Numbered from the stretch's first letter, positions 17,975 to 26,086 are shown. The stretch is DNA of 32,000 nt from Candidatus Brocadia sp. (GCA_021650915.1 CP091279.1:1410001-1442000), one strand, 5' to 3'. Numbers and translations are program-made. Notes: generated by a model not told the origin, from the letters alone.

Positions 17975-18590
17975 AGAAGTTCGTTTTGGAAATGAAATAA
18001 GATTCATCGTTGAAGGAAGCCGATATTAGCAGAAGGATTTGTAGCTGTCAAAATAAAAAGATATCGCTGTCCTTAAAATACTTTTGGCATAACTACGTTT
18101 TTCACCTAACATCTTTATAAATAAAACAATTAAAAAAAATATAATTCCTACAATAAATTTACAAATAAATTTATTTAAACAATATTCACAACTGGACCTT
18201 TTGCTATAAAAAATATTTTGTTTTATAATATCATAGTAAATTGAAACTTAGAAACACCTCTCTTTTTTACTGCTTTTTTATTGCATTATTTTATTAGATA
18301 TAACCAAACCCTTCTTTTAAAAACTCTTTTATACCATAAAAATAAATTGTTGATAAGTTGTGGATTATTAGTTAAAAAAAAGAAGAGTTGTCAGATATAA
18401 TATATTAACAATAAAGAACATACATCATCTGCAATTTGCTTTAAATAATTTCCATCCTAATGTTAACAACAACAGAATTGTTTACTATCGTCATTAAAAT
18501 GCAGGCAATATTTTCAGCTACCATTTAAGAAGGGCTACGCTTTCAAAAAATGCCGATTGATTTCAAACTATTGTCAATAAAATTTACGAT
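17975..18590. other. AT-rich putative oriC / dnaA promoter region
   Basis: This is a very AT-rich ORF-free tract directly upstream of dnaA. DnaA-box-like sequences are TGTGGATTA (18359..18367, 1 mismatch) and ATATTCACA (18182..18190, 2 mismatches). Long A/T runs around 18110..18180 could serve as an unwinding element. Confidence 0.4.
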
Positions 18591-18874
18591 AAGCACTGTG
18601 GCGCGGAATGGAGTTTTCCTGCTTACTCGCCGCGCCTGATTGTGCGCTGTGCGCAGACAAACGTTTCTCCGTTCTTGCTCATCCTGTCAGTTCAAGAGTA
18701 TCTATCACCCCTCCTTTCCATGCCTTTTTGTCACGAAAATACGGCGTTGCCGGCATTCTGTATTCAACCCGGATCCCAAGATAGTAAGAAGTTAAAAGTA
18801 ACCCCTTAAGGGGAACCAGTAGCAATACCCTTTTAGGACTAATCACGTCACCCGTTATGCGGGTGGCTACTGAC
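18591..18874. other. GC-richer, hairpin-dense non-coding segment of unknown nature at the repeat junction
   Basis: There is a stem GGCGCGG (18600..18606) / CCGCGCC (18630..18636), a tandem TGTGCGC x2 (18641..18654), a palindrome CCCCTTAAGGGG (18802..18813), and a hairpin CACCCG (18849..18854) / CGGGTG (18860..18865). No credible ORF is present. Confidence 0.4.
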
Positions 18875-19356
18875 TCCCGATTTGCTGGTAAGATCAGTTG
18901 AGGAGCGTCTTGATCAGGTACATGCATATTTGCCGTGGAAAGGAGATAGATTTTATTTTTTTGCTCGAATGAAGCTCATTGCGTGAGATGTTGAAATAAC
19001 TTAAAATCGCCGCTTCAATCTCATTAATCTTAACGATTTTCCCTTCCGCTAAGAAAAATTCTCCCAGAACGTCACTGGCCAAATGGATATCTATATTTTT
19101 CTCGTTAAACTTGGCACACGCCGAGAGTGTTGTCAGCGTGCTTTCAACTTCCCTTACATTATCTTCAAATCGCTCTGCAATAAACTCCAGTACTTCTTCA
19201 GGAAAATGCACATCAAAACTTGCGGCCTTTGACCTCAAAATTAAAAGTCTTGTTGCATAATCAGGCTTATCTATCTTGACAATCATTCCTGACATAACCC
19301 GGCTCGCAAGCGTTTCTTTCAACTGACCAATCACCTTTGGATGCGCATCGCTTGCA
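18875..19356 (-). pseudogene. dnaA: Internal dnaA fragment (end of AAA+ domain III to first part of domain IV), copy 2 of the direct repeat
   Basis: It differs from 16735..17216 at 12 of 482 positions. It lacks both the 5' and 3' ends of the gene. The TGG of the WSYQQ codon is changed to TGA (18894..18896), and the internal Met codon is changed to GTG. Confidence 0.85.
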
Positions 19357-19471
19357 TGTCAATATTTATGTTAATTATTCCTTGGCTCACGCTGTACTTT
19401 TTGTCAGACTAAAGAAAATTTGTTAATACCATTGTTGGTAACCCAACACAACAAAGAAAGGAACCGCAAGA

Positions 19472-20164
19472 ATGAAGCATTTACTCAAAGCATTAAGGCA
19501 CCGCATTAGGTCATTGACGCAAACAAAAGAGGAGCGTCGTCATATGCTGGTAGGACCTGCACACCTCTGGAAGATGAAACGTGACTTTCAGATCCGATTC
19601 TTGAAAGATATGGGACTAAAGCCTGAGTACTATCTTTTCGAAATCGGCTGCGGGACTCTCAGAGGAGGAATACCGCTGATTGATTACCTTCAGGATGGCC
19701 ATTACTTTGGAGATGAAGTAAGGGCAACGGTACTTGACGAGGGACAAAAGGAATTAAGGGAAGCGAGGTTAGAAGGAAAAAATCCAACGTTCCTGCTGTC
19801 TCCAGATATTTCACAGCTTACTGTTGACAGGAAGTTCGATTATATCTGGGCGTTTTCGGTATTGATTCACATGAGTGACAAGATACTCAATGATACTCTT
19901 GCTTTCGTGAGCAGCCACTTGTCAAAAGAAGGAGCTTTCTATGCCAACGTAAATATCGGCGAAAGAAAAGAAGGCCATTGGCAGGGGTTCCCCCTTGTTG
20001 CAAGGACCTTTGATTTTTACAGTCAGGCGTGCACCACGAATGGTCTAGTAGTCTCTGATATCGGACCTTTGAAAAAATTCGGGCATGTCTCAAACGTAGA
20101 ACCACAAGACAACCAAAGAATGCTTAGAATAACTAAGAATGGCCCAACAAGGTGCTGCGCCTGA
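19472..20164 (+). CDS. Class I SAM-dependent methyltransferase
   Basis: 230 aa with motif I FEIGCGTLRGG and motif II-like DYIWAFSVLIHM. The substrate is not inferable. Confidence 0.65.
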   Translation: MKHLLKALRHRIRSLTQTKEERRHMLVGPAHLWKMKRDFQIRFLKDMGLKPEYYLFEIGCGTLRGGIPLIDYLQDGHYFGDEVRATVLDEGQKELREARLEGKNPTFLLSPDISQLTVDRKFDYIWAFSVLIHMSDKILNDTLAFVSSHLSKEGAFYANVNIGERKEGHWQGFPLVARTFDFYSQACTTNGLVVSDIGPLKKFGHVSNVEPQDNQRMLRITKNGPTRCCA

Positions 20165-20211
20165 CCGCTATTCCGCTGCGCTCCATAGCGGTTGGTGAGC
20201 GCTGACTTTTT
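20154..20211 (+). terminator. Imperfect GC-rich hairpin plus T5 run, likely terminator of the methyltransferase gene
   Basis: The core stem is ACCGCTAT (20164..20171) / ATAGCGGT (20185..20192), extended by GCGC/GCGC pairing and followed by TTTTT (20207..20211). Confidence 0.5.
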
Positions 20212-20337
20212 GACCTTATTAAGAATTCCTTCTTTTAGCGTTTACCATTAGTTGAAGGTGATTCCTTTGCAATTACTGTATTCCCCTGCTCAGACGCAAC
20301 CCTATCACGCCGAGTATAATCAGTCCAGTCGAAGTCA

Positions 20338-20432
20338 GAATCCGCCCGCTCCACGGGTGGATTCTTTATTTACGGATTAATCGTAATCCGCACCAGTCAT
20401 CCATCCGGATCAGGGCTTTTTTTGAAATTCTC
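20338..20432 (+). other. Cluster of hairpins sharing an AATCCG/CGGATT core, ending in a T7 run
   Basis: Hairpin 1 is GAATCCGCCCG (20338..20348) / CGGGTGGATTC (20354..20364) followed by TTTATTT. Hairpin 2 is CGGATTA (20373..20379) / TAATCCG (20384..20390). A palindrome ATCCGGAT (20403..20410) is followed by CAGGGCTTTTTTT. Confidence 0.45.
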
Positions 20433-21187
20433 TTGTACCATGAATCCCTTCGTTCCAGGTAAGTTTCTACCCTAGAAAATTGTTGGTACTATGCTGTATC
20501 CAATTGTTTGTCACAAACCTGTGGCTCTTCAGTCAACTCCGGGAGAAACGTTTGGGGCCAATTCTTTTAAAATAACACCATCGTTTCGATCAAATTTACG
20601 CCCTGACCATGCTATCAGCTTGAACCTTTTGTGAGATGCCTGTTGTCTTTAAAAATTGTTTAGCTGACAATGAGGTATTTTGTTAAAAACACTTGAATTT
20701 CAGGATTCTTTTTGTATCATACTGCCAATAGTTTATTGCGCTGGATAGCTCATGAATGGTTACTTTGTGCGCTTTTTTATGTTACCGCGGGGCAAATAGA
20801 ATAACTGTCTTTTTCTTAACTTAGCGCCACAAAAAATTCTCGTTTTGCACACGTTGCGCGTTACGTTACGAAAGGCCTTTCATTCTGTCTTTTCTCTTGT
20901 ATACGGCAGGGAATGCATCAGCATTGTGCATCATCAGGTGGCAAGCAGTTAAAATTTCATTTCACCTGTACCCGCGCATCTTGCTTCCTTTGTAAGCATA
21001 CTCCATGGTCTGTTGAATAGCAGGTTTTACAACGGAACCATAGTTTGTTTTTCACCGGAGCAAGTATTCCCCTTATACCTGGCGCAGCACAGCAGCAACC
21101 AAATTTCCTTTATGAAAGCGGGCGAATTGCTTCGGAAAAGGCCCTTGCAATGACACCGACCATGCACTGTGATAGCACACGACACGT

Positions 21188-21240
21188 TGTCATTGCGAGC
21201 ACATTCGATTTGCTCAGGATAAACTCCGCGAAGCAATCTT
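21188..21240. repeat. Degenerate copy of a CATTGCGAGC...CGAAGCAATC-type palindromic intergenic repeat
   Basis: An imperfect inverted repeat is centred on ATTGC/GCAAT. It generates the spurious peptides VIAS...SAKQS (plus strand) and ARNDN (minus strand) that I associate with a widespread intergenic repeat family. Confidence 0.35.
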
Positions 21241-21421
21241 TCGCTCATAAAAAACGGTACCACCTGAAAAAGAGGTTGTGAAAAAACTTACAAAAATGAA
21301 GTCTTTATACAGGAATACTATAAAGCGGAGGATTTTGCAATATTTGTTGTGCCGTACTGCCTTATCCTCACACAAAAACGCATCAAGGTATTGAGTCGCT
21401 TTTTTCTAATCCATAGAAGGT

Positions 21422-24058
21422 ATGTCTGATAAAATTGAACATGCTATCGAACACACAAGACATTTGTTGCCCGATCAGGGTCCGCTGCCATTCTTTGTTC
21501 ACCACAACACCATTCATCACTTTGAATCTTACGACTTTTTCGAAGGCGTTAAACAGGCAGGGCGTACGTATGGCGCTAAGTCGTTTATGTCCGAAGAGGA
21601 GTTCCTCCTGGCGTTTCAACAAGGACGCATCACGGCGTCTGTTTTGTACAAAGAGATCAAAGAATATATAAGGAATCACCATCTCAATATCCCGCCGGAC
21701 ATTCTCTTTAATCTCATGACGGAGAAACCCCGTGTGCGAAGAGAGCCAGGCGCCAGGATTCTGCAGTTTGTAAATGACACTGCATATCAGCGCCCGGGTT
21801 ATTACAAAGAAGCGATTCAAATCACCCACAATCAGAATATTGATGAACTGATGGAACCGGTTCTCTTTCGTTTTTTCCCCTCGTATTTCGACCTTGGCCT
21901 GGCCTATTGGCTTATGCCGCACCGGGAGAAAGGGTTGTGGTATTGTTTCTGTGAAAGCTACTCAAAGAGCGGTTTCTTCAGGCCGAAATTTCTCAAGACA
22001 CTGAACCGGATCGTCTCCGAGGCAAAACGATATCCCTACGATGAGGCTACCACACTCTTACTGAAACGTCTGGCCATTCCCGATGAACACCTGGACGACT
22101 ACCTGTTCAGCATTCTGTATCGTTACCGGGGGTGGACTGGCACCATTAAATCACTGGAAGAGGTGCCGGACTGGATTCCAAGTCACGATATTAAAGCCTC
22201 ATTGAAAGAGGTTGTCCCGGTGATTCTCGTTGTTGAGCTTGCGGCGATTGAGTCCATATGTGAGCTTATAAGTCTGAAGATTCCCGTCTATAAACCAATG
22301 CCATTATATGATCCCTATTTTATCGCTTCTCTGGTAAACGCCCTGGGCATCAAACATGGCGACACATACCCCAGAGAGGTCACACATTTTACCGGTGAAA
22401 ATCTCCTGGAGATATGGCAGCGCTCCTATGAAGACACCTTTTACGATCAATTTCTTACAACATACCGCAAGGGAGCTATCGAGGAAAAGCCGGAATACAA
22501 GCTTCCGAATTATCAGGTCTTTTGCTGCCTGGATGAACGCGAGGAATCTTTCCGCAGACATTTGGAACGAATAGATTCCGGCGCAGAGACCCTGGGGACG
22601 GCCGGACATTTCAGCCTCGATATGAAATTTAAGGCAGCGCCGGATAAGCACTACCGCAAGATGTGCCCACATCCTTTAGTAACACCGTCGGTACAAGTCT
22701 ACGAAGAAGCGGCGAAGCTTGAGGACTCGATGCCTAAAAAATTGCAGCTTTACGGGGAGGCGCAATGGGCAATTACGCAATCATCCAAGACCCTTTTTGG
22801 GGGCTTTGTCCACACGATTTTCAGCGGAATTCTGGATTTCCCGCCGTTTATCCTGGACGTGCTCTCACCAAAGTATAGCTCAAAGCTGCGACGGTATCTG
22901 GCGGCGCATAAATCCAGGACGCGGTTGGTCTACAAAAAAGAAACCCATGAAAATGAAAAAGGATGGGATCTGCAAGGGCGGATCGCCCGCGCCACGGGCA
23001 TTCTCAAAGGCGCCGGGTTTTCGGACAACTTTTCACCTTATGTATTCACGCTGGGTCATGGTTCGAGTAGTCTCAACAATCCTCATGAAGCCGCCCACGA
23101 TTGTGGGGCGTGCGCCGGAGGGCGCGGCGCACCGAACGCGCGCCTTTTTGCAGCCATTTGCAACGAACCTGAAGTTCGCGCAGGGCTTGCAAAAAATGGC
23201 GTCATCATACCGGATTCGACCCGGTTCATTGGTGGATATCATAACACCTGCAGCGACGAGGTGCTATTTTTCGATCTCCCCAACCCTATCGAGCCGCGTC
23301 TGCAAACGTATCTTGATACGATTCGCCGTGCGGCAGCATTGGATGCGAAAGAGCGCTGCAGGCGCTTTGACGCAGTCAGAACGGATTTATCAGAAAAAGG
23401 ATTCGCCGATTATGCGCAGGGACGCTCGATGGATATTACCCAGCCACGCCCGGAATATGGCCACTGCACCAATGCACTGGCTATTGTGGGCCCACGGCAT
23501 CTGACGCGGAATCTTTTTTTAGACAGGCGCGTATTTTTGACCTCTTATAATTATACGGTAGATCCTGAAGGGAAATTCCTGAGAAACATCCTCGGCGCAG
23601 TTGGCCCCGTATGCGCGGGAATAAACCTTGAGTACTATTTCAGCTTTATTGACAACGAGCACTACGGCTGCGGCACCAAATTGCCTCACAACATTACCTC
23701 ACTGGTAGGGGTAATGAACGGACATTACAGCGACCTTCAGTTGGGATTGCCATGGCAGATGGTCGAACTCCACGAGCCTATCCGGTTGATTCTGCTTGTC
23801 TGCTGCAAGGTCGAAACAATGGAAACCATCCTCGGTGAGGCATTCGGCTATACCGGCCAACCCGGACACTTTCAGTGTCTGGTGAAACACAACTGGATTA
23901 CCCTCGCAATCCACGATCAGGAGCAGGAAAAGCTGTTTTTATGGAAAGAAGGACGTTTTGTGCCATTCGAAGAGACGGCGGATGTACCGAAATACAAGGG
24001 CGACGACCAACGGTTTTTCCTCGAACAGGGTCATCTTTTATTTGGCCAAATTATCTAG
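21422..24058 (+). CDS. dabA: DabA (DUF2309-family, beta-carbonic-anhydrase-like subunit of a DAB inorganic carbon uptake module)
   Basis: 878 aa with GAAGG upstream of the ATG. Candidate Zn-site residues are C369/D371 (FCCLDERE) and H546/C561 (GHGSSSLNNPHEAAHDCGACAG). Their internal spacings (2 and 15) are the same as in the characterised DabA as I recall it. Confidence 0.88.
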   Translation: MSDKIEHAIEHTRHLLPDQGPLPFFVHHNTIHHFESYDFFEGVKQAGRTYGAKSFMSEEEFLLAFQQGRITASVLYKEIKEYIRNHHLNIPPDILFNLMTEKPRVRREPGARILQFVNDTAYQRPGYYKEAIQITHNQNIDELMEPVLFRFFPSYFDLGLAYWLMPHREKGLWYCFCESYSKSGFFRPKFLKTLNRIVSEAKRYPYDEATTLLLKRLAIPDEHLDDYLFSILYRYRGWTGTIKSLEEVPDWIPSHDIKASLKEVVPVILVVELAAIESICELISLKIPVYKPMPLYDPYFIASLVNALGIKHGDTYPREVTHFTGENLLEIWQRSYEDTFYDQFLTTYRKGAIEEKPEYKLPNYQVFCCLDEREESFRRHLERIDSGAETLGTAGHFSLDMKFKAAPDKHYRKMCPHPLVTPSVQVYEEAAKLEDSMPKKLQLYGEAQWAITQSSKTLFGGFVHTIFSGILDFPPFILDVLSPKYSSKLRRYLAAHKSRTRLVYKKETHENEKGWDLQGRIARATGILKGAGFSDNFSPYVFTLGHGSSSLNNPHEAAHDCGACAGGRGAPNARLFAAICNEPEVRAGLAKNGVIIPDSTRFIGGYHNTCSDEVLFFDLPNPIEPRLQTYLDTIRRAAALDAKERCRRFDAVRTDLSEKGFADYAQGRSMDITQPRPEYGHCTNALAIVGPRHLTRNLFLDRRVFLTSYNYTVDPEGKFLRNILGAVGPVCAGINLEYYFSFIDNEHYGCGTKLPHNITSLVGVMNGHYSDLQLGLPWQMVELHEPIRLILLVCCKVETMETILGEAFGYTGQPGHFQCLVKHNWITLAIHDQEQEKLFLWKEGRFVPFEETADVPKYKGDDQRFFLEQGHLLFGQII

Positions 24059-24067
24059 GAGTACACA

Positions 24068-26086
24068 GTGGACGAAAAGCATCTGATTACCTATCTGGCG
24101 CATTACTTTGTACTATTTCCCCTCCTCAAGGTGCTCGCAATTAACATCCAGTATTTTTCCCGTAAGCATAAAATCGAAGAACACCTGATCCGCAGATTGG
24201 TTGCCTGGGGAGGCATTAGTGATATCGTACATGTTGTAGTTGCCTTGAGTATCCTGGGATTTAAAACGGCTACCGTTCACATAGAGTCCTTCTGCCTGAT
24301 TGGTTGGCCATTCATTGTGGATTGGAACCTCTATACGGCTACGTTTCTGGCCTTCACGACAATACTTGTCACCATCATTGGCCGGTTTTCCCTCTTTTAC
24401 CTCCACCGCGATGTCTATTATCACAAGTTCTTTTCCCTTTACTTTGTCTTTCAACTGGCGCTGGGGCTTCTCGTTCTCAGTTCCAGCACCTCCTATTTGT
24501 TCATGGGCTGGGAACTTCTGGGCATTTCGTCAGTGCTTCTTATCGCGTTCTATGAGCATCGTCCCAATCCGCTTAAAAATGGCATGCGGGTGATGTTCAT
24601 TTATGAATTCGGAGATATCTTTCTTTTTGCACTAACCGTGATATTGCTTTATTTCCATATTGAGGACATCAATGACATGGCATTGATTCAAAAGCATGGC
24701 TGCGAGTGGGCAAAGTTTTTATTAATTGTGGCATGCTTCTTTAAGTCCGGTATTTTTCCATGGATCTGGATACCACGGGCTATGGAAGGGCCTACGCCTT
24801 CAAGCGCAATTTTCTACGGCTCGCTGTCAACGCATATGCCAATCCTGCTTCTCCTCCGCATGTGGCCCCGTGAATGGTCACTTCCCGCCTGTTGGCCTGA
24901 AGTGTGGACAATTACCCATCCGGCAAATGCCATCGCCCTTGCGATTGCCATTTGTGTTTTTTCCGCCTTTGTCACAACCCATATGAGCCGGCAGCATTCC
25001 GACGCCAAGAACACCGTTGCATATGCCATTACAACACAGCTAGCCATTATTTACATCGAGATTTTCCTGGGATTTTACACCCTTGCTTTAATCCATGTGA
25101 TATCCCACGGGATATATCGTACCTATGAGTACATGCGCACCCCATCGCTGTTCCACCTATACCACACCATGGAAACGCGACGCCCCAGGGTAACGGGCAC
25201 CGGAAAGCACTTTGAATCCATCCTTCCCGAACGGTTCAGAAAGTGGCTTTACGCGCTCACGATCAACGAGTTCGGTTTTTTGTCGCGATCCTTCGACCTT
25301 ATTGACCAGTTTCTTGGTCTGAAATGCACAAGTCTTGACAAAAAAGCGGCACGGCGATTCGCCATTATAATATCCGCGGTCTGGATAGTCTTCAGCATCG
25401 TGATGTTTGTCCTCAACAAGCGGCTTTTCAACGTTCAATATACCAGCGATGGCAGCGGAAATACCGTCATGTCATTCATCATCAACTGGAATTATTTCAG
25501 TATCAACGAAGAGTTAATACTTGTTCTTGCGGTAGGTTTCTGCGCGCTCTCCTTTTACCATATCCGCCGGATAGCTATGTACTTTATAACCCTTGCCTGC
25601 TCCGCCTGGTCGGCTGGTTTAGTCCAGGCATTAGAGTTGATAAAAAATACGGATGTGAAACACCTGTGGTCTTGTGTGTCCGTGATTACCCTGGCCATTG
25701 TCTTTGTGGGACTTGCCTGCTACTCGGCATACGCTTCTTCACATAGTGACAGGAAACAGGCAAGTTTTACCGCACAACTCTATCGTACGCCCCTGTCAAA
25801 CGCACTGCTGTTTCTCCTTGGCCTAACCATTGTCGGTATGCCGGGATTAGGCACCTTTTTGGGCTGGGAACACCTTGTCCATTATGCTGCACCCATTGCC
25901 CCTCATACGGTAGTGAAGGGATTTTTTATCCTGAAACTGAACACGATTCTGGTCGTCCTCTTTTATTTCAGTAACTTCCTCGGCTACCCCGATCACAAAA
26001 CACAGGCGCTGCATCACTACAAACGAGATACCCTGCACTTACGCTGGGCGCAGAAGCACACGGATGTGTATCCCTTTCCTTCATAA
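24068..26086 (+). CDS. dabB: DabB (NuoL/NdhF/MrpA-like proton-conducting membrane subunit)
   Basis: 672 aa, polytopic. The GTG start lies 9 nt after the dabA stop, with AGGAG at 24057..24061. It carries the antiporter-like motifs GWELLGISSVLLIAF and PRAMEGPTPSSAIFYGSL. Confidence 0.85.
   Translation: MDEKHLITYLAHYFVLFPLLKVLAINIQYFSRKHKIEEHLIRRLVAWGGISDIVHVVVALSILGFKTATVHIESFCLIGWPFIVDWNLYTATFLAFTTILVTIIGRFSLFYLHRDVYYHKFFSLYFVFQLALGLLVLSSSTSYLFMGWELLGISSVLLIAFYEHRPNPLKNGMRVMFIYEFGDIFLFALTVILLYFHIEDINDMALIQKHGCEWAKFLLIVACFFKSGIFPWIWIPRAMEGPTPSSAIFYGSLSTHMPILLLLRMWPREWSLPACWPEVWTITHPANAIALAIAICVFSAFVTTHMSRQHSDAKNTVAYAITTQLAIIYIEIFLGFYTLALIHVISHGIYRTYEYMRTPSLFHLYHTMETRRPRVTGTGKHFESILPERFRKWLYALTINEFGFLSRSFDLIDQFLGLKCTSLDKKAARRFAIIISAVWIVFSIVMFVLNKRLFNVQYTSDGSGNTVMSFIINWNYFSINEELILVLAVGFCALSFYHIRRIAMYFITLACSAWSAGLVQALELIKNTDVKHLWSCVSVITLAIVFVGLACYSAYASSHSDRKQASFTAQLYRTPLSNALLFLLGLTIVGMPGLGTFLGWEHLVHYAAPIAPHTVVKGFFILKLNTILVVLFYFSNFLGYPDHKTQALHHYKRDTLHLRWAQKHTDVYPFPS

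Noticed and set aside
18641-18875. A group II intron fragment, suggested by the GTGCGC 5' motif and hairpins near the 3' end.
   Set aside because: It is far too short. I could not find a recognisable domain V (AGC triad/GNRA hairpin). There is no reverse transcriptase ORF, and the termini do not fit GUGYG...AY convincingly.
18679-18927. An 82-aa minus-strand ORF spanning the repeat boundary.
   Set aside because: It is an out-of-frame read-through from the dnaA fragment into the structured GC-rich segment, with no SD and no recognisable motif.
20142-20197. A possible integron attC site, implying a methyltransferase gene cassette. GCCCAAC (20142..20148) fits RYYYAAC, GTTGGTG (20191..20197) partly fits GTTRRRY, and a GTTGGTAACCCAAC motif lies upstream of the gene (19436..19449).
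   Set aside because: The best fold (ACCGCTAT/ATAGCGGT plus GCGC/GCGC) does not pair the putative R boxes. R' matches only 5 of 7 positions. There is no integrase or attI and no further attC-like sites. A T5 run makes an intrinsic terminator the simpler reading.
20530-20640. A possible gene remnant on the minus strand (…FKLIAWSGRKFDRNDGVILKELAPNVSPGVD stop), vaguely reminiscent of CoA-transferase C-termini.
   Set aside because: The open frame is only about 40 codons, has no start and is bounded by an upstream stop. The similarity is impressionistic and cannot be supported without a search.
21383-23504. ORFs overlapping dabA: 21383..21922 (minus, 179 aa), 22304..22672 (minus) and 22719..23504 (plus, 261 aa, alternative frame).
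   Set aside because: They lie in alternative frames or antisense to a gene with a clear DUF2309 signature. Their products are Arg/Ser/Trp-rich and low-complexity, and no ribosome-binding sites were noted.
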